A stretch of 64,000 nucleotides of DNA from an uncultured Nitrospirota bacterium (GTDB lineage: Bacteria > CG2-30-53-67), in assembly GCA_945786985.1 (NCBI GenBank), contig CALZGC010000039.1:495-64494 (forward strand). The letters are read 5' to 3'. The number at the start of each line of letters is the position of its first letter. Position 1 is the stretch's first letter. The position numbers and the translations under genes were made by a program. Below the pieces are notes generated by a model, which saw only the letters and a program-made list of their open reading frames with translations, was not told the DNA's origin and made no database searches. Of this stretch, positions 38,435 through 47,122 are shown in pieces.

Positions 38435-39618
38435 CGGCAGAGGACCAGATCACGACGCATAGAGTTCCAAGCGGAAACCGGATCGGATTGACGGTGCTGC
38501 TCACGCTTTCCCTGACTGCCTGCGCCGGCCAGGTGCAGATGCCAACCGAACCGACTCCGCCGGCACCGTTGACTCGCGTGTGGCCGGCACCGCCGGAGCG
38601 GCCCCGAATCACGCTGGTCCGGGAGATTCAGCTTCCGAGAGATATCCGGCAAAAACCGAGCGCCTGGCGGAAGATCGTGGAGTTCATCGCCGGGAAGGAA
38701 CCGCAGCCGACCTTGGTCCGCCCATACGGCGTCACTGTAGATCCTGGCGAACGCCTTCTGGTCGCCGACACCGGAGCCCAGCGTGTCCATATCTTTGATC
38801 TGAATTCAGGACTGTACGAGAAGCTTCCTCACCCCAAGGACGATCTGCGCCTCCTCTCACCCATTGATGTACAGGTGGACGGTTCCGGCCGCATCTATGT
38901 TTCCGACTCGGAGGCCCGCAAAGTCCACATCTTCAATGCCGAGGGGAGGCTGGAGAAAAGCCTGGCAGGTTTTGAACGTCCCACCGGACTGGCCGTCAAC
39001 AAAAGCCTGGGGCAGCTCTTGGTGGTCGACACCAAAGCGCAACAGATTCATGTTTTCAGCACCGCCGGCGAGCGCCTCTTCTCCTTCGGACGCCGCGGGG
39101 GAGGCAACGGAGAGTTCAATTTCCCGACGAACATCTGTCTCGATCGCCGGGGAAACATCTATATAACCGATTCGATGAATTTTCGTGTACAGGTCTTCGA
39201 TCCGAAAGGAAACTTCTTGAGTCGTTTCGGCAAGGCCGGCGACGGACCCGGACGGTTCTCAAAACCGCGAGGCATAGCCGTCGACAGCGACGGGCACATA
39301 TACGTCTCCGACGCGTCCTTCGACAACATCCAGATCTTCAACATCCAGGGGCAGATCCTGCTCTATTTCGGAGCCCCCGGCGTCTCGCCGGGAGAGTTCT
39401 ATATGCCCGCGGGAATCACCATCGATGCAAGCAACCGGATCTTCGTCGCGGACTCCTACAACCACCGAATCCAGGTCTTTCAGTATCTCAAGCCAGACCT
39501 GGAATCGGAAAAGAGCAGCTCCGGATCGAAAAGATCGTCCGAAGATCAGACAGCGCCGTCTCTCAGGTCCAATACACAACTTGACGTTTCCGCTCGAACG
39601 GGTTGGATCGGGCGGTAG
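38431..39618 (+). CDS. NHL-repeat beta-propeller lipoprotein
   Basis: Lipobox LSLTAC. Six NHL blades (LLVADTG, IYVSDSE, LLVVDTK, IYITDSMNFRVQVF, IYVSDASFDNIQIF, IFVADSYNHRIQVF). Confidence 0.88.
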   Translation: MTAEDQITTHRVPSGNRIGLTVLLTLSLTACAGQVQMPTEPTPPAPLTRVWPAPPERPRITLVREIQLPRDIRQKPSAWRKIVEFIAGKEPQPTLVRPYGVTVDPGERLLVADTGAQRVHIFDLNSGLYEKLPHPKDDLRLLSPIDVQVDGSGRIYVSDSEARKVHIFNAEGRLEKSLAGFERPTGLAVNKSLGQLLVVDTKAQQIHVFSTAGERLFSFGRRGGGNGEFNFPTNICLDRRGNIYITDSMNFRVQVFDPKGNFLSRFGKAGDGPGRFSKPRGIAVDSDGHIYVSDASFDNIQIFNIQGQILLYFGAPGVSPGEFYMPAGITIDASNRIFVADSYNHRIQVFQYLKPDLESEKSSSGSKRSSEDQTAPSLRSNTQLDVSARTGWIGR

Positions 39619-39656
39619 GGACGGACGACTCCCTTTTGCACAGTGGAGGAATCAAC

Positions 39657-41402
39657 ATGAAAAGGCTCACAGAAAGAAAGAGCGGAGGCAATCCCTTCAA
39701 TAGACGCTTCCTTTGCGTCGCGGCCCTTGTGCTGCTTGCCTTTGCCAGCAGCGCCGCGGCCCTCATGAGCGTCGTGGACTCCAAACACAATCTCTCCATC
39801 AGCGGTCCCGGCACCATGAAAGCCACGGCGGAATCGGAGATCTGCATTTTCTGCCATACCCCTCACGGCGCGGAGCCGGGGGGTGTTCTCTGGAACCGTG
39901 CGGACCCCGCAGGCCCCTACCAGACTTACGACAGTACCACCATACAGACCTTTGTCGGCCAGCCGACGAAAGCCTCCCGGAAGTGCCTGAGTTGTCATGA
40001 CGGCACCATCGCGCTCGGGCAGGTCTCCAGCCGGCCCGCACAAATACCGATGAGCCAGCAGTTTCTCAACACCGGTCCCGCATTCCTGGACACCGATCTG
40101 AGGGACGATCATCCCATTTCACTCAACTACGGCAGTGCCCCGACGCCCGAGTACAAGAATCCGGCCACCCTGACAGGCCCCGTGAAGCTCGACAAAGACG
40201 ATGATCTGCAGTGTACGGCGTGCCACGATCCGCACGATGATACGTTGGGCGATTTTCTGACCGACACCACCTTCCAATCCGCTCTCTGCCTGAACTGCCA
40301 CCAGCCGACGGGCTGGACCACTGGCACGCACCGAAACTCCGCGGCTGGCTGGAACGGCAGCCCTCCGGACCCATGGCCCCATACAGACTACACGTCGGTG
40401 GCGGAGAACGCCTGCGAAAACTGCCATCGCCCCCACAGTGCGGGACGGGATCCACACATTCTCAACGAATTCCTCGAAGAGGACAACTGCTACCCCTGCC
40501 ACAACGGCAACCTGGTGGGGGCCATCAATAATTTCGACATCCAGAGCGAATTCGTCAAACCCTCGAATCATCCCATCGGCAGCACCGTGGGCACCCACGA
40601 GCCGACCGAGGACTATCTGACCATGGCGCGCCACGTGGAATGCGCCGACTGTCACAACCCCCATCAGGCCAATGACACCCCGGCCAACGCCCCCCTGGTC
40701 AGCGGCGCGTTGCTGGGTGTCAAGGGGGTCGATGCCGCAGGCGGCGTAGTCGACCCGTCGATCAACGAATACGAGATCTGCTTCAACTGCCACGCCGACA
40801 GCGCCCCGGGGCCGATCCCTATACCGCGCCAGATTCCCGAAGTGAACAAGCGACAACAGTTTGCCCTGAGCAATCCGTCCTATCACCCCGTGGAGGGGCC
40901 CGGCAAGAATGCCAACGTCCCGAGCCTCGCCGGCATGACACTCAACGGCGTACCTCTCACCACCGGCACCGTGATCTACTGCACCGACTGCCACAACAAC
41001 AACAACGGCCCCGGCGCCGGCGGCGGCGGCCCCAATGGCCCCCACGGCTCGACCTATGACTACCTGCTGGAAAGGCGCAATGAGACGGCCGACTTCACCC
41101 CCGAGAGTTCCACGAACTACGCCCTCTGCTACAAGTGCCATAACCGGAACAGTATCCTGAACGACGACAGTTTCGATGAGCACGACAAGCACATCCGTGG
41201 CGAAGATGCTCCCTGTTCGGTCTGTCACGACCCCCACGGCGTCGACGGCACCGCCTCGAACAATACGCATTTGATCAACTTCGACACCTCTGTCGTCTTC
41301 CCCAGCGGTGGACAGCTATGGTTTCGAGACGACGGAGTTTTTGGGGGAACATGCCGCCTCGTCTGCCATGGCGAGGATCACAATCCGTTCAACTACCCAT
41401 AA
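39657..41402 (+). CDS. multihaem c-type cytochrome (11 CxxCH plus a C-terminal CxxxCH)
   Basis: Signal peptide. SKHNLS motif. CIFCH, CLSCH, CTACH, CLNCH, CENCH, CYPCH, CADCH, CFNCH, CTDCH, CYKCH, CSVCH, CRLVCH. Confidence 0.9.
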   Translation: MKRLTERKSGGNPFNRRFLCVAALVLLAFASSAAALMSVVDSKHNLSISGPGTMKATAESEICIFCHTPHGAEPGGVLWNRADPAGPYQTYDSTTIQTFVGQPTKASRKCLSCHDGTIALGQVSSRPAQIPMSQQFLNTGPAFLDTDLRDDHPISLNYGSAPTPEYKNPATLTGPVKLDKDDDLQCTACHDPHDDTLGDFLTDTTFQSALCLNCHQPTGWTTGTHRNSAAGWNGSPPDPWPHTDYTSVAENACENCHRPHSAGRDPHILNEFLEEDNCYPCHNGNLVGAINNFDIQSEFVKPSNHPIGSTVGTHEPTEDYLTMARHVECADCHNPHQANDTPANAPLVSGALLGVKGVDAAGGVVDPSINEYEICFNCHADSAPGPIPIPRQIPEVNKRQQFALSNPSYHPVEGPGKNANVPSLAGMTLNGVPLTTGTVIYCTDCHNNNNGPGAGGGGPNGPHGSTYDYLLERRNETADFTPESSTNYALCYKCHNRNSILNDDSFDEHDKHIRGEDAPCSVCHDPHGVDGTASNNTHLINFDTSVVFPSGGQLWFRDDGVFGGTCRLVCHGEDHNPFNYP

Positions 41403-41415
41403 GCGAGGTTCGGCT

Positions 41416-42387
41416 TTGAAAAACCTTTTTCTATTGCTCTTTTTCGGACTGATCGTTGCGTCGGGCGCCGGTGCATCCGATCTCTCCGCCAAGGCTGTGA
41501 TGGCCACGGTCAACGGCGTTGCCATCACACGCAGCCTGGTCGAGGCCGAGGTGCGCCGCCTGGTCCCGAGGACCCTTTTTCACCAGAGCATCGATGCCGA
41601 GAAACTCGCCGCCTTTCGCAAGGACGCGCTCGAGAGCCTGATTGACAAGGAACTCCGGGTCCAGGAGGCAGCGCGTCTCGGACTCACGGTCGACAAGCGT
41701 GCCGTTGGGACGGAACTCAAGAAGGTGATCGAACGCTATTCGAACAAGAGGGAATTCGAAAAGCGACTCAAAGCGGCGGGCTATTCCACCCGGGATGCCA
41801 AAGAGGAAATTGAAAGACGGCTGCTGGCCGATCTCGTTTTTCAACGGGAAGTCGTCGCGCGCGTCAAGGTCAGCGACCAGGAGGCCCGAAGCTATTATGA
41901 AGCCAATCAGGAGAAGTTCGTGGAGCCTCGCCGCTTCAACCTGAGCCACATCCTGGTGAAAGTGCCTCCCCTGGCGAACGATTTCGAAGAAAAAGCGCTG
42001 GAGAAGAAGACCAAGGAGATCGCCAGACAAATCCGGGCAGGACTCACCTTTGACGAGGCCGTGCGCAAGTACGCGGAAGGAGACGACCAGGACGACGGCG
42101 GTGACATGGGCTGGGTTCACGAGGGGCGGCTCGTGCCGGAAATCGAGCAGGAAATCGCCAAATTGACGCCCGGTGAGATTGCCGGCCCCTTCCGAACCTT
42201 TCGGGGCTTCAGGATCTTCCGCGTGGACGAAGTCCGCACCGAGAGACAGGTCCCCTTCCCTGAGATCCGGGACAAGCTCCTGGCCGACCTCACCGAGAAA
42301 GCCATTCAGGAAAGAGAAACCGTCTGGAAGGCAGGACTAAGAGAGAAGGCTGAAATCGTTCGCCACGAACTTCCGGCCGGAAACTAG
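41416..42387 (+). CDS. SurA/PrsA-like peptidyl-prolyl cis-trans isomerase (SurA N-domain plus one PpiC/parvulin domain)
   Basis: TTG start 7 nt after a GAGGT RBS, giving signal peptide LKNLFLLLFFGLIVASGAGA. Parvulin motif FNLSHILVKV...GGDMGWV. Confidence 0.8.
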   Translation: MKNLFLLLFFGLIVASGAGASDLSAKAVMATVNGVAITRSLVEAEVRRLVPRTLFHQSIDAEKLAAFRKDALESLIDKELRVQEAARLGLTVDKRAVGTELKKVIERYSNKREFEKRLKAAGYSTRDAKEEIERRLLADLVFQREVVARVKVSDQEARSYYEANQEKFVEPRRFNLSHILVKVPPLANDFEEKALEKKTKEIARQIRAGLTFDEAVRKYAEGDDQDDGGDMGWVHEGRLVPEIEQEIAKLTPGEIAGPFRTFRGFRIFRVDEVRTERQVPFPEIRDKLLADLTEKAIQERETVWKAGLREKAEIVRHELPAGN

Positions 42388-42438
42388 CCTGGGTATCGCC
42401 TTAGAAGTGTTCGCCCCGTCTCTGCGCTTACCGCGAAT

Positions 42439-42477
42439 CTCGTAATAGATTGACTCATGCAATAGACGGGCTAGTAC
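42439..42477. repeat. MITE-like element, copy C (solo terminal inverted repeat, opposite orientation)
   Basis: CGTAATAGATTGACTCATGCAATAGACGGGCTAGTAC is the reverse-complement of the ATTGCATGAGTNAATCTATTACG terminus (22/23) and matches the flanking CCCGG-CTAG motif of copy B's 3' end. Confidence 0.5.
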
Positions 42478-43001
42478 TTGTCTGTATGGCAGGCAATGCA
42501 AAGCTCCGTGGAGGAGTGCCCCACGGTCAGTTCCCTCGAGGCGGTGCACTCTGCAGCGGGATCCAGCGCCATGGCCGCCGTCTGCATCCCGGTCGACAGA
42601 TCACTCTTAAGTCTGTGACAGGAAACGCAGCTCACCTTCCCATCAACCAGACGGATATTCTTGTCCAGCAGCAGCCTCGGCCGATACCCCCTTGGGTCCC
42701 GCATGGCATAGTGATCATAGGACATGCCCACCGGATGATTGACCGTCCGGGATCCGCTTATCTGGAAAGGGGCGTCGGCATCTTTCAATGAGATACTTGT
42801 TGCTGTGGCCCCATTGTGGCATCCCAGGCAGTCACTCGCCGTACTGTCAGGAGGTACTGCAGCCGCACTGACGGCGAAGGCTTGCACATCGGCACCGAAC
42901 ACGAAGTTCCTGAACATCTCAGAGAGGCTTCCCGCCACCGCTGTGCGCGGTGCAACACAAATCAGAGAAAAGACCATCAGGAGTGTACAAAACCTCTGCA
43001 T
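42471..43001 (-). CDS. trihaem c-type cytochrome
   Basis: Signal peptide MQRFCTLLMVFSLICVAPRTAVAG. CLGCH, CVSCH, CIACH. Confidence 0.8.
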   Translation of the reverse strand: MQRFCTLLMVFSLICVAPRTAVAGSLSEMFRNFVFGADVQAFAVSAAAVPPDSTASDCLGCHNGATATSISLKDADAPFQISGSRTVNHPVGMSYDHYAMRDPRGYRPRLLLDKNIRLVDGKVSCVSCHRLKSDLSTGMQTAAMALDPAAECTASRELTVGHSSTELCIACHTDKY

Positions 43002-43490
43002 AGCCAACCCTCCTCCTGTCATGCCCGAGGGGCAATTACCACACGGTATCGGTTCTAAAAGAATGGATTGAAAAAGAGGATGGGCCGCCGACGTCAGAGA
43101 GCCTGCCTGAAGACCCATACGTTCATCCGTCTCTTCGGCAGCCCCTCTACCATCACCTTGCGGCCCCAGGCAGGTGGCTTTGCGTCCGATCCCTTTCGGG
43201 AAAGGTTGCCTTTGTCACAAAACTAATCAGTACATCGGGAGAAAGGCAAAATACTTTAGAATAAACTGGTTCCCCCGATGGGTCTGGCCGGCTTGCGAAC
43301 GTATTCGGTGGCAAACCTGACCTCTCCACGAAGCCTTTCTAATGTTCTTACCACTGAATCCTTTGGCCCGCAACCGATGGGCGGACAAGATCTGCACCAT
43401 GGCGTCCGGCATGGCCGCCGACCTTTTCGCACGGGCCAGTGTGGGAAAAACATTGTGTTTCTATCATAACCTAAGAACTTGTTTATGCGG

Positions 43491-43521
43491 AAAAAAAAGG
43501 CCGCCGGGGAGTCCGGCGGCC
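43491..43521 (-). terminator. Rho-independent terminator after the 10-haem giant cytochrome gene
   Basis: Minus-strand GGCCGCCGG-ACUCC-CCGGCGGCC followed by TTTTTTTT. Confidence 0.8.
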
Positions 43522-43552
43522 TTCTCACGATTGTCCGGCATCAGGTGGATAC

Positions 43553-45688
43553 TCAGGGTTGCGGTAACCATGAATTGTCATGCACGTGACAGTCGGTGCA
43601 ATCTTGACCATCAAAGTGGGCGGGCGCGTCCCCATTGTATCGATGGAAAAGGGTCTGGGTATGGCAGGTCTCACAGATATTCTCATTGAAGGGCGGCCCA
43701 TCGGCAAAAGAGCCCTCTCCTTCCCGACTCGTGAAAACAATCAGACTGCCGTCGATGACACTCTGGTCCGTGGTCTCTCGCACCGCCTTAATGTTGTCCC
43801 CGACCTCGAACATAGGGTTGTGACAATCGACACACCCAACCTCGTAGTTGTATTTCCCGGTGCCACTGACAGCGCTGGTGTGGGGCTTTCGTGTCCCGTG
43901 GCACTTCATGCACTCTTCACTCGGGATCTTGGCAGAAAAAATGAGATTGTCACTTACATCCTCCACGTGACAGAACCCGCAGTTGCTATTGAAAAAGTTT
44001 GTGTTGTGCGGCGGCTGTGCCTGTCCCGCCGTAGGCAGAAATCCATCACGATGGAGGTGACACTGGGTGCACTGCTGGCCATCGAAGTGCGACTGACCGC
44101 CCGGTGCGGTGCCGTCGCTCTGATGATGATTGGTCCGGGTGTGGCAGGTCTCGCAGATGTTCTCCTCATGGGGCGGACCGTCCGCAAAGGAGCCTATCCC
44201 CGTGGGGGCCGTAAACTGCACAAAGTTCTGTATGGACGCGCCCGTGGCCTCGTTGTCAAAACAGATCGTCCGCCGGACATACTGCCCATAGGTGGTTCCA
44301 AACTTATTGTTCTGCTCCTGGGTGTGCGGATTGTGGCAGGTCACACAGTCGGCGCCCCAGTTCCCGTATTTGCTCCCCACGACGTCGGTCCCGTGGGTCC
44401 GAACGTTGGGGGCCGAGCCGAATCCGAACGGATAGGACTCGGGATACTGGACCTTGAATATCCCGTTGAGTGGATCCGAGGTATCTTCCGGGTCCGCGTG
44501 GCACCGCTGGCACTGATACCGCAAATCGTTGAAGAAATCATTTAGATCGTGGCATTTCCCGCAGAAGAGTTCAGTGTTGTCGGGGTGCACAGAGCCATCC
44601 GGGTTGAGCAGCAGCCCGAAATGGGGCGTATCCCGGGGCGTGGTCACGGTCTCGCAGCTCGGCCCACCGCAGTCGTCAACATCCGTCTCGTCAGCCAAGT
44701 TGTCACAGTCGTTGTCGATCCCGTCGTCACAGACCTCCAGAAAGCCGGGGCTGCGGTTGGGGTCGGCGTCGTCACAGTCTGGTGCGCACTTGGCCGCCCC
44801 GTCGCCATCGGCGTCGACATCCGTTGAGAAGTCGGCCCGACCGTCACAGTTGCTGTCCTTGCCGTCACAGATTTTTGGGGCACCGGGAAAGACCTGGGGG
44901 TCCGTGTCATCACAGTCGACGGGACCGCAGACACCGCCCAACGTGGAAAAACCGTCCCCGTCGGTGTCGGCCCCGGCGCAGGCCTCGCAATCGGGGTCGG
45001 AGATACAGGTTGCGTCATCACAGTCGATCGACCCGTCGCAGTTATTGTCGATACCGTCCGTACAGAACTCCGCGGCCGCTGGATTCACAGCAGCATTGGT
45101 ATCGTCACAGTCGGTACCGCCGCAGAAAGAAGCCGTATCACCGTCGCCGTCGGCGTCGGGGCAGATACATCCGGCTTCGTCCGTTGTGCCATCACAGTTG
45201 TTATCCTTGCCGTCGCCGCAGAGCTCGCTGGCCCCCGGATTCACCGTGGCACTGAAGTCATCGCAATCACCCGGCGTGTCGCAAATCTTAAATCCGTCTC
45301 CGTCGCTATCGCGCTCCTCCGCGGGCATGCCGGACGTACAATCGTTGTCCTTGCCGTCACAGATTTCGGAATTCCCGGGAAAGCGGGCCGGATCGCTGTC
45401 ATCGCAGTCGCCCGCGCACCGCGGCACACCGTCGCCGTCAGCGTCGACGTCGGTGCCGAAAGTCCGACCGTCGCAATTGGTGTCTCTCCCGTCGCAGATC
45501 TCGGGCACCCCTGGTCGAATATCGGGATCCGTATCGTCACAGTCGGGGCCCACACAGTCAATACCGCTCCCGTATCCGTCCCCGTCATTGTCCACGCATT
45601 GGGCCTGAACGTTGGAGCTGCCCAGGATCAACAGAACTCCCAGCAAGACAGATAAGAACATCCCCATCGGGCACTTCTTGGAAATCAT
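43553..45688 (-). CDS. secreted 10-haem c-type cytochrome with N-terminal Myxococcus-type putative metal-binding motif repeats (Asp/Cys-rich, Ca-binding-like)
   Basis: Signal peptide. More than five DADGDG...DCDD...PG..E.CDG.DN.CDG repeats. Then CGKCH, CQRCH, CVTCH, CETCH, CTQCH, CGFCH, CMKCH, CVDCH, CETCH, CTDCH. Confidence 0.88.
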   Translation of the reverse strand: MISKKCPMGMFLSVLLGVLLILGSSNVQAQCVDNDGDGYGSGIDCVGPDCDDTDPDIRPGVPEICDGRDTNCDGRTFGTDVDADGDGVPRCAGDCDDSDPARFPGNSEICDGKDNDCTSGMPAEERDSDGDGFKICDTPGDCDDFSATVNPGASELCGDGKDNNCDGTTDEAGCICPDADGDGDTASFCGGTDCDDTNAAVNPAAAEFCTDGIDNNCDGSIDCDDATCISDPDCEACAGADTDGDGFSTLGGVCGPVDCDDTDPQVFPGAPKICDGKDSNCDGRADFSTDVDADGDGAAKCAPDCDDADPNRSPGFLEVCDDGIDNDCDNLADETDVDDCGGPSCETVTTPRDTPHFGLLLNPDGSVHPDNTELFCGKCHDLNDFFNDLRYQCQRCHADPEDTSDPLNGIFKVQYPESYPFGFGSAPNVRTHGTDVVGSKYGNWGADCVTCHNPHTQEQNNKFGTTYGQYVRRTICFDNEATGASIQNFVQFTAPTGIGSFADGPPHEENICETCHTRTNHHQSDGTAPGGQSHFDGQQCTQCHLHRDGFLPTAGQAQPPHNTNFFNSNCGFCHVEDVSDNLIFSAKIPSEECMKCHGTRKPHTSAVSGTGKYNYEVGCVDCHNPMFEVGDNIKAVRETTDQSVIDGSLIVFTSREGEGSFADGPPFNENICETCHTQTLFHRYNGDAPAHFDGQDCTDCHVHDNSWLPQP

Positions 45689-45757
45689 GGCTCGGCCTCC
45701 ATTCCAAACGGCGGGTGATCATTTTGTAGATCAAATGGCTCCCTTAGGAAGGTATTG

Positions 45758-45786
45758 AATATAACACAGAATGAAAGTTTTTTCAA
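45758..45786 (-). promoter_or_regulatory. candidate sigma-70 promoter with extended −10 for the 43553..45688 cytochrome
   Basis: Minus strand TTGAAA-N17-TGTTATATT, ~65 nt upstream of the start codon. Confidence 0.4.
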
Positions 45787-45915
45787 AAGATTCTGAAGAA
45801 ATCTCGCCAAGGAAATGCGAAAATTAAGACGTTTCGTTAGGCGTTCAGACGCTCAGAGGAAATAAGAGCGAAAAGTCAAACTTACAGAAGACAAAAATGG
45901 CAGCAGGATGGAGGC

Positions 45916-46103
45916 CCTTAACCCGGAGATTGCATGAGTAAATCTATTACGAGGCTGGATAGTCTGCCACATGCGGCGTTACAGAAGATCTTCTGACTTC
46001 AATATGTTTACAGCCAGAAGATCTTTTGCGCCCTGCCTGTAGCGCATCCAAAACCTCTGGGGCCTCTCATGACGATCAACTCATGCAATATCCGGGCTAA
46101 GTG
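45916..46103. repeat. MITE-like element, copy B (full length ~188 bp, ~27-bp terminal inverted repeats)
   Basis: 5' CCTTAACCCGGAGATTGCATGAGTAAATCTATTACGAGGC ... 3' CAACTCATGCAATATCCGGGCTAAGTG. The termini are reverse-complements of each other. Confidence 0.6.
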
Positions 46104-46202
46104 CCCAAACAATAAACCGCGCTACTCTGTGATCGAAGCGTTGTGCACCGACAGAGGAGGATCAACCAAATCGAAACCACTGACTGTCACCAATTCATGA
46201 TG

Positions 46203-46233
46203 CAAAATCCCGGGCCACAAGGCGTGGCCCGGG
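46203..46233 (-). terminator. candidate Rho-independent terminator
   Basis: Minus-strand perfect 10-bp stem CCCGGGCCAC-GCCUU-GUGGCCCGGG followed by AUUUUG. Confidence 0.45.
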
Positions 46234-46263
46234 ATCTTCAGTATAACCGCTGCGCTTCAAGTT

Positions 46264-46524
46264 TTAAAACGAGCTTGCTCCATGTCCGTGGCAGTTTCCG
46301 GCCATACAACCGGTACTTTTGTTACCTCCCATTTGATCGGGATGGCAGGTTGAGCAGAAAGACCGGCCGTTTGTCGTTGCGTCACTGTTACTCTGTGAGA
46401 CATCAAGGACCCTGACGAGATCGGGGTCTTCACCTGGAATCGACCAATCCGGCGTGAGCGGCGTCGATCCGTTTTTGGAGTAGATAATCGGCTTCAAATT
46501 GGCCAGGTTTGTGTAAACCATACC
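46264..46524 (-). CDS. small Cys/His-rich ORF (86 aa) with strong RBS; possibly the C-terminal remnant of a cytochrome gene
   Basis: GGAGGTG-N6-ATG. MVYTNLANLKPIIY...SFCSTCHPDQMGGNKSTGCMAGNCHGHGASSF. No signal peptide. The C-terminal G.C...CHG resembles the C-termini of the 14- and 12-haem cytochromes. Confidence 0.3.
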   Translation of the reverse strand, partial: GMVYTNLANLKPIIYSKNGSTPLTPDWSIPGEDPDLVRVLDVSQSNSDATTNGRSFCSTCHPDQMGGNKSTGCMAGNCHGHGASSF

Positions 46525-46562
46525 ATTCACCTCCGCCCGTGTCCGGCATTGTGGCAGTCGCT

Positions 46563-47122
46563 TCACGCAAGGACATCACCCTGTTGGTATCCGCTCCCGG
46601 GCTGCAGACTGACCTGCCGACTCGCATCAGCTGGACCGTGCTGGTCGCCTTTGCCGTCGGTCCAAGCCGTGCAGATATCTGTGAGCGCCTGCGTTGGCGG
46701 CGTGACACTTGCCGGGTATGAGTTGTCATGACAATCGAGGCAGAACTCCGTCATGCTCGCCGGCACCCGACCGTCGTCCGGGTCGGGATCGGCCAAAAAG
46801 ATCCACCGCATGCGGACTGTGGCAATCGGTACACTCGATCTTCGCTCCGCTGCAGACCATATCCGCATAAGAGACATCGTGATGGGTATTCCGATCCGCT
46901 CCGGAGCGGGATACCATGGTTTCTGTGCCGGCAAAGAGGAACTGAATGTCCTGAGCCGGCGCGCCATCATGGCACCCAAAAGAGAGCTCTTCTTCTCCGT
47001 TGGCAACGGGTGCACCCGCCACCGTCCCCGAGAGGAAGGGCGGGTGCTATCGGTTCCGCCGTGACAGTACGGGCAGTTCCCTTCCAGGGCTTCCAACCGA
47101 CGGTGGTGCTCGGTCAGTGCCT
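46563..47122 (-). pseudogene. 5'-truncated, frameshifted remnant of a tetrahaem (31710-type) cytochrome paralogue
   Basis: Haem-motif segments in the same order as the 4-haem protein are split over two frames: NCPYCHGG (frame A), LSFGCHDG with the first Cys lost and ECTDCHSPHA (frame B), EFCLDCHD (frame A). There is no signal peptide and no room for one before the upstream gene's stop at 47123. Confidence 0.45.

Noticed and set aside
40119-41270. 383-aa minus-strand Gly/Ala/Val-rich ORF
   Set aside because: Antisense to the 12-haem cytochrome, whose many CxxCH motifs establish the coding strand.
43002-43495. ~490-bp gap searched for an sRNA or sigma-54 promoter
   Set aside because: No −24/−12 match or convincing structured element found by eye; left unannotated.
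44529-45608. 359-aa plus-strand Ser/Pro-rich ORF
   Set aside because: Antisense to the 10-haem cytochrome; the bias mirrors the sense strand's Asp/Cys/Gly codons.
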